Shown here in pieces: positions 35,601 through 48,100 of a stretch of DNA of 64,000 nt. The stretch lies in assembly GCA_964016885.1 (NCBI GenBank), contig OZ024743.1, forward strand, positions 132,246,001-132,310,000. The letters run 5' to 3'. This stretch comes from Eledone cirrhosa. Lineage: Eukaryota. The translations under genes and the position numbers were made by a program. Position 1 is the stretch's first letter, and every line of letters begins with the position of its first letter. The notes beneath the pieces were generated by a model, which saw only the letters and a list, made by a program, of their open reading frames with translations, was not told the DNA's origin and ran no database searches.

Positions 35601-38600
35601 GGTGTTTGGTGTTTGGTGCTTGGTGTTTGGTGTTTGGTGCTTGGTGTTTTGTGCTTGGTGCTTGGTGCTTGGTGTTTGGTGCTGGGTGCTTGGTGCTTGG
35701 TGTTTGGTGTTTGGTGCTTGGTGCTTGGTGTTTGGTGTTTGGTGTTTGATGCTTGGTGTTTGATGCTTGTTGCTTGGTGCTTGGTGTTTTGTGTTTGGTG
35801 TTTGGTGCTTGGTGTATGTACTTGGTGCTTGGTGCTTGGTGTTTGGTGCTTGGTTCTTGGTGTTTGGTGATTGGTGCTTGGTGCTTGGTGTTTGGTGCTT
35901 GGTGCTTGGTGTTTGGTACTTGGTGCTTGGTGTTTGGTGTTTGGTGCTTGGAGTTTGGTGCTTGGTGCTTGGTGCTTGGTGCTTGGTGTTATGTGTTTGG
36001 TGCTTGGTGCTTGGTTTTTGGTGGTGGTGCTTGGTGTTTGGTGCTTGGTGCCTGGTGCTTGGTGTTTGGTGCTTGGTGTTTGGTGATTTGTGCTTGGTGC
36101 TTGGTGCTTGGTGTTTGGTGCTTGGTGCTTGGTGCTTGGTGTTTGGCGTTTGCTGTTTGCTGTTTGGTGTTTGGTGTTTGCTGTTTGGTGTTTGGTGCTT
36201 GGTGTTTGGTGCTTGGTGCTTGCTGTTTGGTGTTTGGTGTTTGGTTCTTGGTGCTTGGTGTTTGGTGTTTGGTGCTTGGTGCTTGGTGCTTGGTGTTTGG
36301 TGCTTGGTGCCTGGTGCTTGGTGTTTGGTGCTTGGTGCTTGGTGTTAGGTGATTGGTGCTTGGTGTTTGGTGCTTGGTGCTTGGTGCTTGGTGCTTGGTG
36401 TTAGGCGTTTGGTGCTTGGTGCTTGGTGTTTGATGTTTGGTCCTTGGTGCTTGGTGTTTGGTATTTGGTGCTTGGTGCTTGGTGTTTGGTGTTTGGTGCT
36501 TGCTGCTTGCTGCTTGGTGTTTGGTGCTTGGTGATTGGTGCTTGGTGTTTTGTGCTTTTTGCTTGGTGTTTGGTGTTTGGTGCTAGGGTCTTGGTGCTTG
36601 GTGCTTGGTGTTTGGTGCTTGGTGCTCGGTGTTTGGTGTTTGGTGCTTGGTGCGTGGGGCTTGGTGTTTGGTGCTTGGTGTTTGGTGCTTGGTGTTTGGT
36701 GCTTGCTGTTTTGTGCTTGGTGCTTGGTGTTTGGTGTTTGGTGTTTGGTGCTTGGTGCTTGGTGTTTGGTGCTTGGTGCTTGGTGCTTGGTGCTTGGTGC
36801 TTGGTCTTTGGTGCTTGGTGCTTGGTGATTGGTGCTTGGGGTTTGGTGTTTGGTACTTGGTGTTTGGTGCTTGGTGCTTGCTGTTTGGTGTTTGGTTCTT
36901 GGTGCTTGGTGTTTGGTGTTTGGTGTTTGGTGCTTGGTGCTTGGTGCTTGGTGTTTGGTGCTTGGTGCTCGGTGTTTGGTGTTTGGTGCATGGTGCGTGG
37001 GGCTTGGTGTTTGGTGCTTGGTGTTTGGTGCTTGCTGTTTGGTGCTTGCTGTTTGGTGCTTGGTGCTTGGTGTTTGGTGTTTGGTGTTTGGTGCTTGGTG
37101 CTTGGTGTTTGGTGCTTGGTGCTTGGTGCTTGGTGCTTGGTGCTTGGTCTTTGGTGCTTGGTGCTTGGTGATTAGTGTTTGGTGATTGGTGCTTGGGGTT
37201 TGGTGTTTGGTACTTGGTGTTTGGTGCTTGGTGCTTGCTGTTTGGTGTTTGGTTCTTGGTGCTTGGTGTTTGGTGTTTGGTGTTTGGTGCTTGGTGCTTG
37301 GTGCTTGGTGTTTGGTGCTTGGTGCTTGGTGTTTGGTGCTGCGTGCTTGGTGTTTGGTGTTTGGTGCTTGGTGCTTGGTGCCTGTGTTTCGTGCTTGGTG
37401 CTTGGTGCTTGGTGTTTGGTGTTTGGTGCTTGGTGGTTGGTGTTTGGTACTTGGTGCTTGGTGCTTGGTGCTTGGTGTTTTATGCTGCGTGCCTGGTGTT
37501 TGGTGTTTGGTGCTTGGTGCTTGGTGTTTGGTGTTTCGTGCTTGGTGCCTGGTGCTTGTTGTTTGGTGTTTGCTGCATGGTGCTTGGTGTTTGGTGTTTG
37601 GTGCTGGGTGCTTGGAGTTTGGTGCTTGGTGCTTGGTGCTTAGTGCTTGGTGTTTGGTGTTTGGTGCTTGGTGTTTGGTGTTTGGTGTTTGATGCTTGGT
37701 GTGTGCTGCTTGGTGCTTGGTGCTTGGTGTTTTGTGTTTGGTGCTTGGTGCTTGGTGCCTGGTTCTTGGTGCTTGGTGCTTGTTGTTTGGTGCTTGGTGC
37801 TTGGTGATTAGTGTTTGGTGCTTGGTGCTTGGGGTTTGCTGTTTGGTGCTTGGTGCTTGGTGTTTGGTGCTTGGTGCTTGGTGTTTGGTGTTTGGTGTTT
37901 GGTGCTTGGTGTCTGGTGTTTGGTGTTTGGTGTTTGGTGCTTGGTGCTTGGTGTTTGGGTTTTGGTGCTTGGTGCTTGGTGTTTGGTGTTTGGTGCTTGG
38001 TGTTTGGTGTTTGGTGCTTGGTGTTTTGTGCTTGGTGCTTGGTGCTTGGTGTTTTGTGCTGGGTGCTTGGTGCTTGGTGTTTGGTGTTTGGTGCTTGGTG
38101 CTTGGTGTTTGGTGTTTGGTGTTTGATGCTTGGTGTTTGATGCTTGTTGCTTGGTGCTTGGTGTTTTGTGTTTGGTGTTTGGTGCTTGGTGTATGTACTT
38201 GGTGCTTGGTGCTTGGTGTTTGGTGCTTGGTTCTTGGTGTTTGGTGATTGGTGCTTGGTGCTTGGTGTTTGGTGCTTGGTGCTTGGTGTTTGGTACTTGG
38301 TGCTTGGTGTTTGGTGTTTGGTGCTTGGAGTTTGGTGCTTGGTGCTTGGTGCTTGGTGCTTGGTGTTATGTGTTTGGTGCTTGGTGCTTGGTGTTTGGTG
38401 GTGGTGCTTGGTGCCTGGTGCTTGGTGTTTGGTGCTTGGTGTTTGGTGCTTGGTGTTTGGTGCTTGGTGTTTGGTGATTTGTGCTTGGTGCTTGGTGCTT
38501 GGTGTTTGGTGCTTGGTGCTTGGTGCTTGGTGTTTGGCGTTTGCTGTTTGCTGTTTGGTGTTTGGTGTTTGGTGCTTGGTGTCTGGTGTTTGGTGTTTGG

Positions 38601-38730
38601 TGTTTGGTGCTTGGTGCTTGGTGTTTGGGTTTTGGTGCTTGGTGCTTGGTGTTTGGTGTTTGGTGCTTGGTGTTTGGTGTTTGGTGCTTGGTGTTTTGTG
38701 CTTGGTGCTTGGTGCTTGGTGTTTGGTGCT
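21032..38730 (+). repeat. Almost perfect tandem duplication, period 8842 bp (1265 monomers)
   Basis: ORF track repeats at +8842 from 21130/29972 to 29288/38130. The only difference I saw is 23718 C vs 32560 T. Junction at ~29874-29888. Confidence 0.95.
25982..27338 (+). repeat. Local tandem duplication, period 684 bp (98 monomers); recurs at ~34.8-36.2 kb and ~37.9-39.3 kb
   Basis: ATGTAC at 26290 and 26974; ORFs 26227/26911 and 35069/35753; 38130/38800 has offset 670 (684 minus 14). Confidence 0.9.
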
Positions 38731-40290
38731 GGGTGCTTGGTGCTTGGTGTTTGGTGTTTGGTGCTTGGTGCTTGGTGTTTGGTGTTTGGTGTTTGATGCT
38801 TGGTGTTTGATGCTTGTTGCTTGGTGCTTGGTGTTTTGTGTTTGGTGTTTGGTGCTTGGTGTATGTACTTGGTGCTTGGTGCTTGGTGTTTGGTGCTTGG
38901 TTCTTGGTGTTTGGTGATTGGTGCTTGGTGCTTGGTGTTTGGTGCTTGGTGCTTGGTGTTTGGTACTTGGTGCTTGGTGTTTGGTGTTTGGTGCTTGGAG
39001 TTTGGTGCTTGGTGCTTGGTGCTTGGTGCTTGGTGTTATGTGTTTGGTGCTTGGTGCTTGGTGTTTGGTGGTGGTGCTTGGTGTTTGGTGCTTGGTGCCT
39101 GGTGCTTGGTGTTTGGTGCTTGGTGTTTGGTGCTTGGTGTTTGGTGCTTGGTGTTTGGTGATTTGTGCTTGGTGCTTGGTGCTTGGTGTTTGGTGCTTGG
39201 TGCTTGGTGCTTGGTGTTTGGCGTTTGCTGTTTGCTGTTTGGTGTTTGGTGTTTGCTGTTTGGTGTTTGGTGCTTGGTGTTTGGTGCTTGGTGCTTGCTG
39301 TTTGGTGTTTGGTGTTTGGTTCTTGGTGCTTGGTGTTTGGTGTTTGGTGCTTGGTGCTTGGTGCTTGGTGTTTGGTGCTTGGTGCCTGGTGCTTGGTGTT
39401 TCGTGCTTGGTGCTTGGTGTTAGGTGATTGGTGCTTGGTGTTTGGTGCTTGGTGCTTGGTGCTTGGTGCTTGGTGTTAGGCGTTTGGTGCTTGGTGCTTG
39501 GTGTTTGATGTTTGGTCCTTGGTGCTTGGTGTTTGGTATTTGGTGCTTGGTGCTTGGTGTTTGGTGTTTGGTGCTTGCTGCTTGCTGCTTGGTGTTTGGT
39601 GCTTGGTGATTGGTGCTTGGTGTTTTGTGCTTTTTGCTTGGTGTTTGGTGTTTGGTGCTAGGGTCTTGGTGCTTGGTGCTTGGTGTTTGGTGCTTGGTGC
39701 TCGGTGTTTGGTGTTTGGTGCTTGGTGCGTGGGGCTTGGTGTTTGGTGCTTGGTGTTTGGTGCTTGGTGTTTGGTGCTTGCTGTTTTGTGCTTGGTGCTT
39801 GGTGTTTGGTGTTTGGTGTTTGGTGCTTGGTGCTTGGTGTTTGGTGCTTGGTGCTTGGTGCTTGGTGCTTGGTGCTTGGTCTTTGGTGCTTGGCGCTTGG
39901 TGATTGGTGCTTGGGGTTTGGTGTTTGGTACTTGGTGTTTGGTGCTTGGTGCTTGCTGTTTGGTGTTTGGTTCTTGGTGCTTGGTGTTTGGTGTTTGGTG
40001 TTTGGTGCTTGGTGCTTGGTGCTTGGTGTTTGGTGCTTGGTGCTTGGTGTTTGGTGCTGCGTGCTTGGTGTTTGGTGTTTGGTGCTTGGTCCTTGGTGCC
40101 TGTGTTTCGTGCTTGGTGCTTGGTGCTTGGTGTTTGGTGTTTGGTGCTTGGTGGTTGGTGTTTGGTACTTGGTGCTTGGTGCTTGGTGCTTGGTGTTTGA
40201 TGCTGCGTGCCTGGTGTTTGGTGTTTGGTGCTTGGTGCTTGGTGTTTGGTGTTTCGTGCTTGGTGCCTGGTGCTTGTTGTTTGGTGTTTG
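33890..40290 (+). repeat. ~3.06 kb tandem duplication (offsets 3061/3047/3075); a truncated version lies at ~25.05-29.89 kb
   Basis: ORFs 34114/37175 and 25272/28333 (3061), 35753/38800 (3047), 36349/39424 (3075). Boundaries are approximate. Confidence 0.85.
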
Positions 40291-43200
40291 CTGCTTGGTG
40301 CTTGGTGTTTCGTGTTTGGTGCTTGGTGCTTGGTATCTGGTGTTTGGTGCTTGGTGTTTGGTGTTTGGTGCTTGGTGCTTGGTGCTTGGTGTTTGGTGTT
40401 TGGTGCTTCGTGCTTGGTGTTTGGTGTTTGGTGTTTGATGCTTGGTGTTTGCTGCTTGGTGCTTGGTGCTTGGTGCTTGGTGTTTGGTGCTTCGGTCTTG
40501 GTGCTTGGTGTTTGGTGCTTGGTGCTTGTTGTTTGGTGCTTGGTGCCTGGTGCTTGGTGTTTGGTGCTTGGTGCTTGGTGTTTGGTGCTTATTGTTTGGT
40601 GCTTGGTGCTTGGTGCTTGGTGCTAGGTGTTTGGTGCTTGGTGCTTGGTGTTTGATGTTTGGTGCTTGGTGTTTGGTGCTTGGTGCTTGGTTTTGGTGTT
40701 TGGTGCTTGCTGCTTGCTGCTTGGTGTTTGGTGCTTGGTGATTGGTGCTTGGTGTTTTGTGCTTGGTGCTTGGTGTTTGGTGTTTGTTGCTAGGGGCTTC
40801 GTGCTTGGTGCTTGGTGTTTGGTACTTGGTGCTTGCTGTTTGGTGTTTGGTGCTTGGTGCGTGGGACTTAGTGTTTGGTGTTTGGTGCTTGGTGTTTGGT
40901 GCTTGGTGTTTGGGGCTTGGTGTTCGGTGCTTGGTGCTTGCTGCTTGGTGCTTGGTGTTTGGTGTTTGGTGCTTGGTGCTTGGTGTTTGATGTTGGGTCC
41001 TTAGTGCTTCGTGCTTGGTGTTTGGTGCTTGGTGTTTGGTGCTTGGTGCTTGCTGATGGTGCTTGTTGTTTCGTTCTTTGTGATTGCTGCTTGGTGCTTG
41101 GTGTTTGGTGCTTGGTGCTTGGTGTTTGGTGTTTGGTGTTTGGTGCTTGGGGCTTGGTGTTTGGTGTTTGGTGCTTGGTGCTTGGTGTTTGGTGTTTGAT
41201 GCTTGGTGTTTGATGCTTGTTGCTTGGTGCTTGGTGTTTTGTGTTTGGTGTTTGGTGCTTGGTGTATGTACTTGGTGCTTGGTGCTTGGTGTTTGGTGCT
41301 TGGTTCTTGGTGTTTAGTGATTGGTGCTTGGTGCTTGGTGTTTGGTGCTTGGTGCTTGGTGTTTGGTACTTGGTGCTTGGTGTTTGGTGTTTGGTGCTTG
41401 GTGTTTGGTGCTTGGTGCTTGGTGCTTGGTGCTTGGTGTTATGTGTTTGGTGCTTGGTGCTTGGTGTTTGGTGCTTGGTGCTTGGTGTTTGGTGCCTGGT
41501 GCCTGGTGCTTGGTGTTTGGTGCTTGGTGTTTGGTGCTTGGTGTTTGGTGCTTGGTGTTCGGTGCTTTTTGCTTGGTGCTTGGTGATTGGTGTTTGGTGT
41601 TTGGTGCTTGGTGCTTGGTGTTTGATGTTTGGTCCTTGGTGCTTGGTGTTTGGTGATTTGTGCTTGGTGCTTGGTGCTTGGTGTTTGGTGCTTGGTGCTT
41701 GGTGCTTGGTGTTTGGCGTTTGCTGTTTGCTGTTTGGTATTTGGTGTTTGCTGTTTGGTGTTTGGTGCTTGGTGTTTGGTGCTTGGTGCTTGCTGTTTGG
41801 TGTTCGGTGTTTGGTTCTTGGTGCTTGGTGTTTGGTGTTTGGTGCTTGGTGCTTGGTGCTTGGTGTTTGGTGGTTGGTGCTTGGTGCTTGGTGTTTGGTG
41901 CTGCGTGCTTGGTGTTTGGCGTTTGGTGCTTGGTGCCTGGTGCTTGTTGTTTGGTGTTTGGTGCATAGTGCTTGGTGTTTGGTGTTTGGTGCTTGGTGCA
42001 TGGTGGCTGGTGTTTGGTGTTTGGTGCTTGGTGCTTGGTGCTTGGTGTTTGGTGCTTGGTGCTTGGTGTTTGGTGCTGCGTGCTTGGTGTTTGGTGTTTG
42101 GTGCTTGGTGCTTGGTGCCTGTGTTTCGTGCTTGGTGCCTGGTGTTTCGTGCTTTGTGCTTGGTGCTTGGTGTTTGGTGTTTGGTGCTTGGTGTTTGGTG
42201 TTTGGTACTTGGTGCTTGGTGCTTGGTGCTTGGTGTTTGGTGCTTGGTGCTTGGTGCTTGGTGTTTGATGCTGCGTGCTTGGTGTTTGGTGTTTGGTGCT
42301 TCGTGCTTGGTGTTTGGTGTTTGGTGCTTGGTGCCTGGTGCTTGTTGTTTGGTGTTTGGTGCTTGGTGCTTGGTGTTTGGTGTTTGGTGCTTGGTGCGTG
42401 GGACTTAGTGTTTGGTGTTTTGTGCTTGGTGTTTGGGGCTTGGTGTTTGGGGCTTAGTGTTCGGTGCTTGGTGCTTGGTGCTTGGTGCTTGGTGCTTGGT
42501 GTTTGGTGTTTGGTGCTTGGTGCTTGGTCCTTGGTGTTTGATGTTGGGTCCTTGGTGCTTGGTGTTTGGTGTTTGGTGCTTGGTGTTTGGTGTTTGGTGC
42601 TTGCTGCTTGCTGCTTGTTGTTTCGTTCTTTGTGATTGGTGCTTGGTGTTTGGTGTTTGGTGCTTGGTGCTTGGTGCTTGGTGTTTGATGTTGGGTCCTT
42701 GGTGCTTGGTGTTCGGTGCTTGGTGCTTGGTGTTTGGTGCTTGGTGCTTGGTGTTTGGTGCTTGGTGCTTGGTGCTTGTTGTTAGGTGCTTGGTGCTTGG
42801 TGCTTGGTGTTTGGTGCTTGGTGTTTGGTGTTTGGTGCTTGGTGCTTGGTGCATGGTGTTTGGTGCTTGGTGCTTGGTGTTTGGTGCTTGGTGCTTGGTG
42901 ATTAGTGTTTGTTGCTTGGTGCTTGGGGTTTGGTGGTTGGTGCTTGGTGCTTGGTGTTTGGTGTTTGGTGTTTGGTGTTTGGTGTTTGCTGTTTGGTGTC
43001 TGCTTTTTGGCGTATGGTGTTTGCTGTATGGTGTTTGCTGTTTCGTATTTGGTTTTTGCTGTTTGGTGTTTGGTGTTTGCTGTTTGGTGTTTGTTGTTTG
43101 GTGTTTGGTGCTTGGTGCTTGGTTCTTGGTGTTTGGCGTTTGGTGATTGGGGCTTGGTGTTTGGTGCTTGGTGCTTGGTTTTTGGTGTTTGGTGCTTGGT

Positions 43201-45120
43201 ACCTGGTGCTTGTTGTTTGGTGTTTGGTGCTTGGTGCTTGGTGCTTGGTGTTTGGTGCTTGGTGTCTGGTGTTTGGTGCTTGGTGTTTGGTGTTTGGTGC
43301 TTGGTGCTTGGTGTATGGTGTTTGATGCTTGGTACTTGGTGTTTGGTGTTTGGTGCTGGGTGCTTGGCGTTTGGTGCTTGGTGCTTGGTGCTTAGTGCTT
43401 GGTGTTTGGTGTTTGGTGTTTGGTGTTTGATGCTTGGTGTGTGCTGCTTGGTGCTTGGTGCTTGGTGTTTTGTGTTTGGTGCTTGGTGCTTGGTGCCTGG
43501 TTCTTGGTGCTTGGTGCTTGTTGTTTGGTGCTTGGTGCTTGGTGATTAGTGTTTGGTGCTTGGTGCTTGGGGTTTGGTGCTTGGTGCTTGGTGTTTGGTG
43601 TTTGGTGTTTGGTGCTTGGTGTCTGGTGTTTGGTGTTTGGTGTTTGGTGCTTGGTGCTTGGTGTTTGGGTTTTGGTGCTTGGTGCTTGGTGTTTGGTGCT
43701 TGGTGCTTGGTGCTTGGTGTTTGGTGCTGGGTGCTTGGTGCTTGGTGCTTGGTGCTTGGTGTTTGGTGCTGGGTGCTTGGTGCTTGGTGTTTGGTGTTTG
43801 GTGCTTGGTGCTTGGTGTTTGGTGTTTGGTGTTTGATGCTTGGTGTTTGATGATTGTTGCTTGGTGCTTGGTGTTTTGTGTTTGGTGTTTGGTGCTTGGT
43901 GTATGTACTTGGTGCTTGGTGCTTGGTGTTTGGTGCTTGGTTCTTGGTGTTTGGTGATTGGTGCTTGGTGCTTGGTGTTTGGTGCTTGGTGCTTGGTGTT
44001 TGGTACTTGGTGCTTGGTGTTTGGTGTTTGGTGCTTGGAGTTTGGTGCTTGGTGCTTGGTGCTTGGTGCTTGGTGTTATGTGTTTGGTGCTTGGTGCTTG
44101 GTGTTTGGTGGTGGTGCTTGGTGTTTGGTGCTTGGTGCCTGGTGCTTGGTGTTTGGTGCTTGGTGTTTGGTGCTTGGTGTTTGGTGCTTGGTGTTTGGTG
44201 ATTTGTGCTTGGTGCTTAGTGCTTGGTGTTTGGTGCTTGGTGCTTGGTGCTTGGTGTTTGGCGTTTGCTGTTTGCTGTTTGGTGTTTGGTGTTTGCTGTT
44301 TGGTGTTTGGTGCTTGGTGTTTGGTGCTTGGTGCTTGCTGTTTGGTGTTTGGTGTTTGGTTCTTGGTGCTTGGTGTTTGGTGTTTGGTGCTTGGTGCTTG
44401 GTGCTTGGTGTTTGGTGCTTGGTGCCTGGTGCTTGGTGTTTGGTGCTTGGTGCTTGGTGTTAGGTGATTGGTGCTTGGTGTTTGGTGCTTGGTGCTTTGT
44501 GCTTGGTGCTTGGTGTTAGGCGTTTGGTGCTTGGTGCTTGGTGTTTGATGTTTGGTCCTTGGTGCTTGGTGTTTGGTATTTGGTGCTTGGTGCTTGGTGT
44601 TTGGTGTTTGGTGCTTGCTGCTTGCTGCTTGGTGTTTGGTGCTTGGTGATTGGTGCTTGGTGTTTTGTGCTTTTTGCTTGGTGTTTGGTGTTTGGTGCTA
44701 GGGTCTTGGTGCTTGGTGCTTGGTGTTTGGTGCTTGGTGCTCGGTGTTTGGTGTTTGGTGCTTGGTGCGTGGGGCTTGGTGTTTGTTGCTTGGTGTTTGG
44801 TGCTTGGTGTTTGGTGCTTGCTGTTTGGTGCTTGGTGCTTGGTGTTTTGTGTTTGGTGTTTGGTGCTTGGTGCTTGGTGTTTGGTGCTTGGTGCTTGGTG
44901 CTTGGTGCTTGGTGCTTGGTCTTTGGTGCTTGGTGCTTGGTGATTAGTGTTTGGTGATTGGTGCTTGGGGTTTGGTGTTTGGTACTTGGTGTTTGGTGCT
45001 TGGTGCTTGCTGTTTGGTGTTTGGTTCTTGGTGCTTGGTGTTTGGTGTTTGGTGTTTGGTGCTTGGTGCTTGGTGCTTGGTGTTTGGTGCTTGGTGCTTG
45101 GTGTTTGGTGCTGCGTGCTT

Positions 45121-48100
45121 GGTGTTTGGTGTTTGGTGCTTGGTGCTTGGTGCCTGTGTTTCGTGCTTGGTGCTTGGTGCTTGGTGTTTGGTGTTTGGTG
45201 CTTGGTGGTTGGTGTTTGGTACTTGGTGCTTGGTGCTTGGTGCTTGGTGTTTGATGCTGCGTGCCTGGTGTTTGGTGTTTGGTGCTTGGTGCTTGGTGTT
45301 TGGTGTTTCGTGCTTGGTGCCTGGTGCTTGTTGTTTGGTGTTTGCTGCTTGGTGCTTGGTGTTTGGTGTTTGGTGCTTGGTGCTTGGTATCTGGTGTTTG
45401 GTGCTTGGTGTTTGGTGCTTGGTGCTTGGTGCTTGGTGTTTGGTGTTTGGTGCTTCGTGCTTGGTGTTTGGTGCTTGGTGTTTGGTGTTTGGTGTTTGCT
45501 GCTTGGTGCTTGGTGCTTGGTGTTTTGTGTTTGGTGCTGGGTGCTTGGTGCCTGGTGCTTGGTGCTTGGTGCTTGTTGTTTGGTGCTTGGTGCTTGGTGA
45601 TTAGTGTTTGGTGCTTGGTGCTTGCGGTTTGGTGTTTTGTGCTTGGGGTTTGGTGTTTGGTGCTTGGTGCTTGGTGTTTGGTGCTTGGTGCTTGGTGCTT
45701 GGTGCTTGGTGTTAGGTGTTTGCTGCTTGGTGCTTGGTGTTTGATGTTTGGTGTTTGGTGCTTGGTGTTTGGTGTTTGGTGCTTGCTGCTTGCTGCTTGT
45801 TGTTTCGTTCTTTGTGATTGGTGCTTGGTGCTTGGTGTTTGGTGCTTGGTGCTTGGTGTTTGGTGTTTGGTGCTTGGTGCTTGGGGCTTGGTGTTTGGTG
45901 CTTGGTGCTTGGTGCTTGGTGTTTGGTGTTTGGTGCTTGGTGTTTGGTGCTTGGTGCTTGGTGCTGGGTGGTTGGAGTTTGGTGCTTGGTGCTTGGTGTT
46001 TGGTGCTTGGTGCTTAGTGCTTGTTGTTTGGTGCTTGGTGCTTGGGGCTTGGTCTTTGGTTCTTGGTGTTTGGTGTTTGGTGCTTGGTGCTTGGTATTTG
46101 GTGCTTGGTGCTTGGTGCTTGGTGCTGGGTGGTTGGTGTTTGGTGCTTGGTGCTTGGTGTTTGGTGCTTGGTGCTTGGTGCTTGGTGCTGGGTGGTTGGT
46201 GCTTGGTGCTTGGTCTTTGGTTCTTGGTGTTTGGTGTTTGGTGCTTGGTGCTTGGTGTTTGGTGCTTGGTGCTTGGTGCTTGGTGCTTGGTGCTTGGTGA
46301 TTAGTGTTTGTTGTTTGGTGCTTGGGGTTTGGTGGTTGGTGCTTGGTGCTTGGTGTTTGGTGTTTGGTGTTTGGTGTTTGGTGTTTGCTGTTTGGTGTCT
46401 GCTTTTTGGTGTTTGGTGTTTGCTGTATGGTCTTTGCTGTTTCGTATTTGGTTTTTGCTGTTTGGTGTTTGGTGTTTGCTGTTTGGTGTTTGGTGTTTGG
46501 TGTTTGGTGCTTGGTGCTTGGTGATTGGTGTTTGGTGCTTGGTGCTTGGTTTTTGGTGTTTGGTGCTTGGTACCTGGTGCTTGTTGTTTGGTGTTTGGTG
46601 CTTGGTGCTTGGTGCTTGGTGTTTGGTGCTTGGTCTCTGGTGTTTGGTGCTTGGTGTTTGGTGTTTGGTGCTTGGTGCTTGGTGCTTGGTGTTTGGTGTT
46701 TGGTGGTTGGTGCTTGGTGTTTGGTGTTTGGTGCTGAGTGCTTGGAGTTTGGTGCTTGGTGCTTTGTGCTTAGTGCTTGGTGTTTGGTGTTTGATGCTTG
46801 GTGTGTGCTGCTTGGTGCTTGGTGCTTGGTTTTTTGTGTTTGGTCCTTGGTTCTTGGTGCCTGGTTCTTGGTGCCTGGTTCTTGGTGCTGGGTGCTTTGT
46901 GTTTGGGGCTTGGTGCTTGGTGCTTGGTGCTTGGTGTTTGGTGTTTGGTGCTTGGTGCTTGGTGTTTGGTGTTTAATGCTTTGTGTTTGATGCTTGTTGT
47001 TTGGTGCTTGTTGTTTTGTGTTTGGTGTTTGGTGCTTGGTGTATGTACTTGGTGCTTGGTGCTTGGTGTTTGGTGTTGGTTCTTGGTGTTTGGTGATTGG
47101 TGCTTGGTGCTTGGTGTTTGGTTCTTGGTGTTTGGTGATTGGTGCTTGGTGCTTGGTGCTTGGTGCTTGGTGCTTGGTGTTAAGTGTTTGGTGCTTGGTG
47201 CTTGGTGTTTGGTGCTTCGTGCTTGGTGTTTGGTGCATGGTGCTTGGTGTTTGGTGCTTTGTGCCTGGTGCATGGTGTTTGGTGCTTGGTGCTTGGTGCT
47301 TGGTGTTTGGTGCTTGGTGTTTGGTGCTTGGTGCTTGGTGTTTGGTGCTTGGTGTTTGGTGCTTGGTGTTCGGTGCTTGGTCCTTGGTGCTTGGTGCTTG
47401 GTGGTAGGTGTTTGGTGCTTGGTGCTTGGTGTTTGATGTTTGGTCCTTGGTGCTTGGTGTTTGGTGCTTGGTGCTTGGTGTTTGGTGTTTGGTGCTTGCT
47501 GCTTGCTGCTTGGTGTTTGGTGCTTGGTGATTGGTGCTTGGTGTTTGGTGCTTGGTGCTTGGTGTTTGGTGTTTGGTGCTAGGTGCTTGGTGCTTGGTGC
47601 TTGGTGTTTGGTGCTTGGGGTTTGGTGTTTGGTGCTTGGTGCTTGGTGTTTGGTGCTTGGTGCTTGGTGCTTGGTGTTTGGTGCTTGTTGCTTGGTGTTT
47701 AGGGCTTGGTGCTTGGTGTTTGGTGCTTGGTGTTTGGTACTTCGTGCTTGGTGCTTGGTCCTTGGTTTTAGGTGTTTGGTGCTTGGTGCTTGGTGTTTGA
47801 TGTTTGGTCCTTGGTGCTTGGTGTTTGGTGTTTAGTGCTTGGTGCTTGGTGTTTGGTGCTGGGTGTTCGGTGCTTGGTGCTTGGTGCTTCGTGCTTGGTG
47901 TTTGGTGTTTGGTGCTTGGTGCTTGGTGTTTGATGTTGGGTCCTTGGTGCTTGGTGTTTGGTGTTTGGTCCTTGGTGCTTGGTGTTTGGTGTTTGGTGCT
48001 TAGTGTTTGGTGTTTGGTGCTAGGTGCTTGGTGCTTGGTGCTTGGTGTTTGGTGCTTGGGGTTTGGTGTTTGGTGCTTGGTGCTTGGTGTTTGGTGCTTG

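Noticed and set aside
45712-47238. Minus-strand mucin-like (TKHQAPS)n ORFs up to 508 aa, also at 3035, 23402, 40868 and 53057
   Set aside because: These are translations of the reverse-complement satellite. Their starts are chance ATG/GTG variants, and the copies simply track the duplications.
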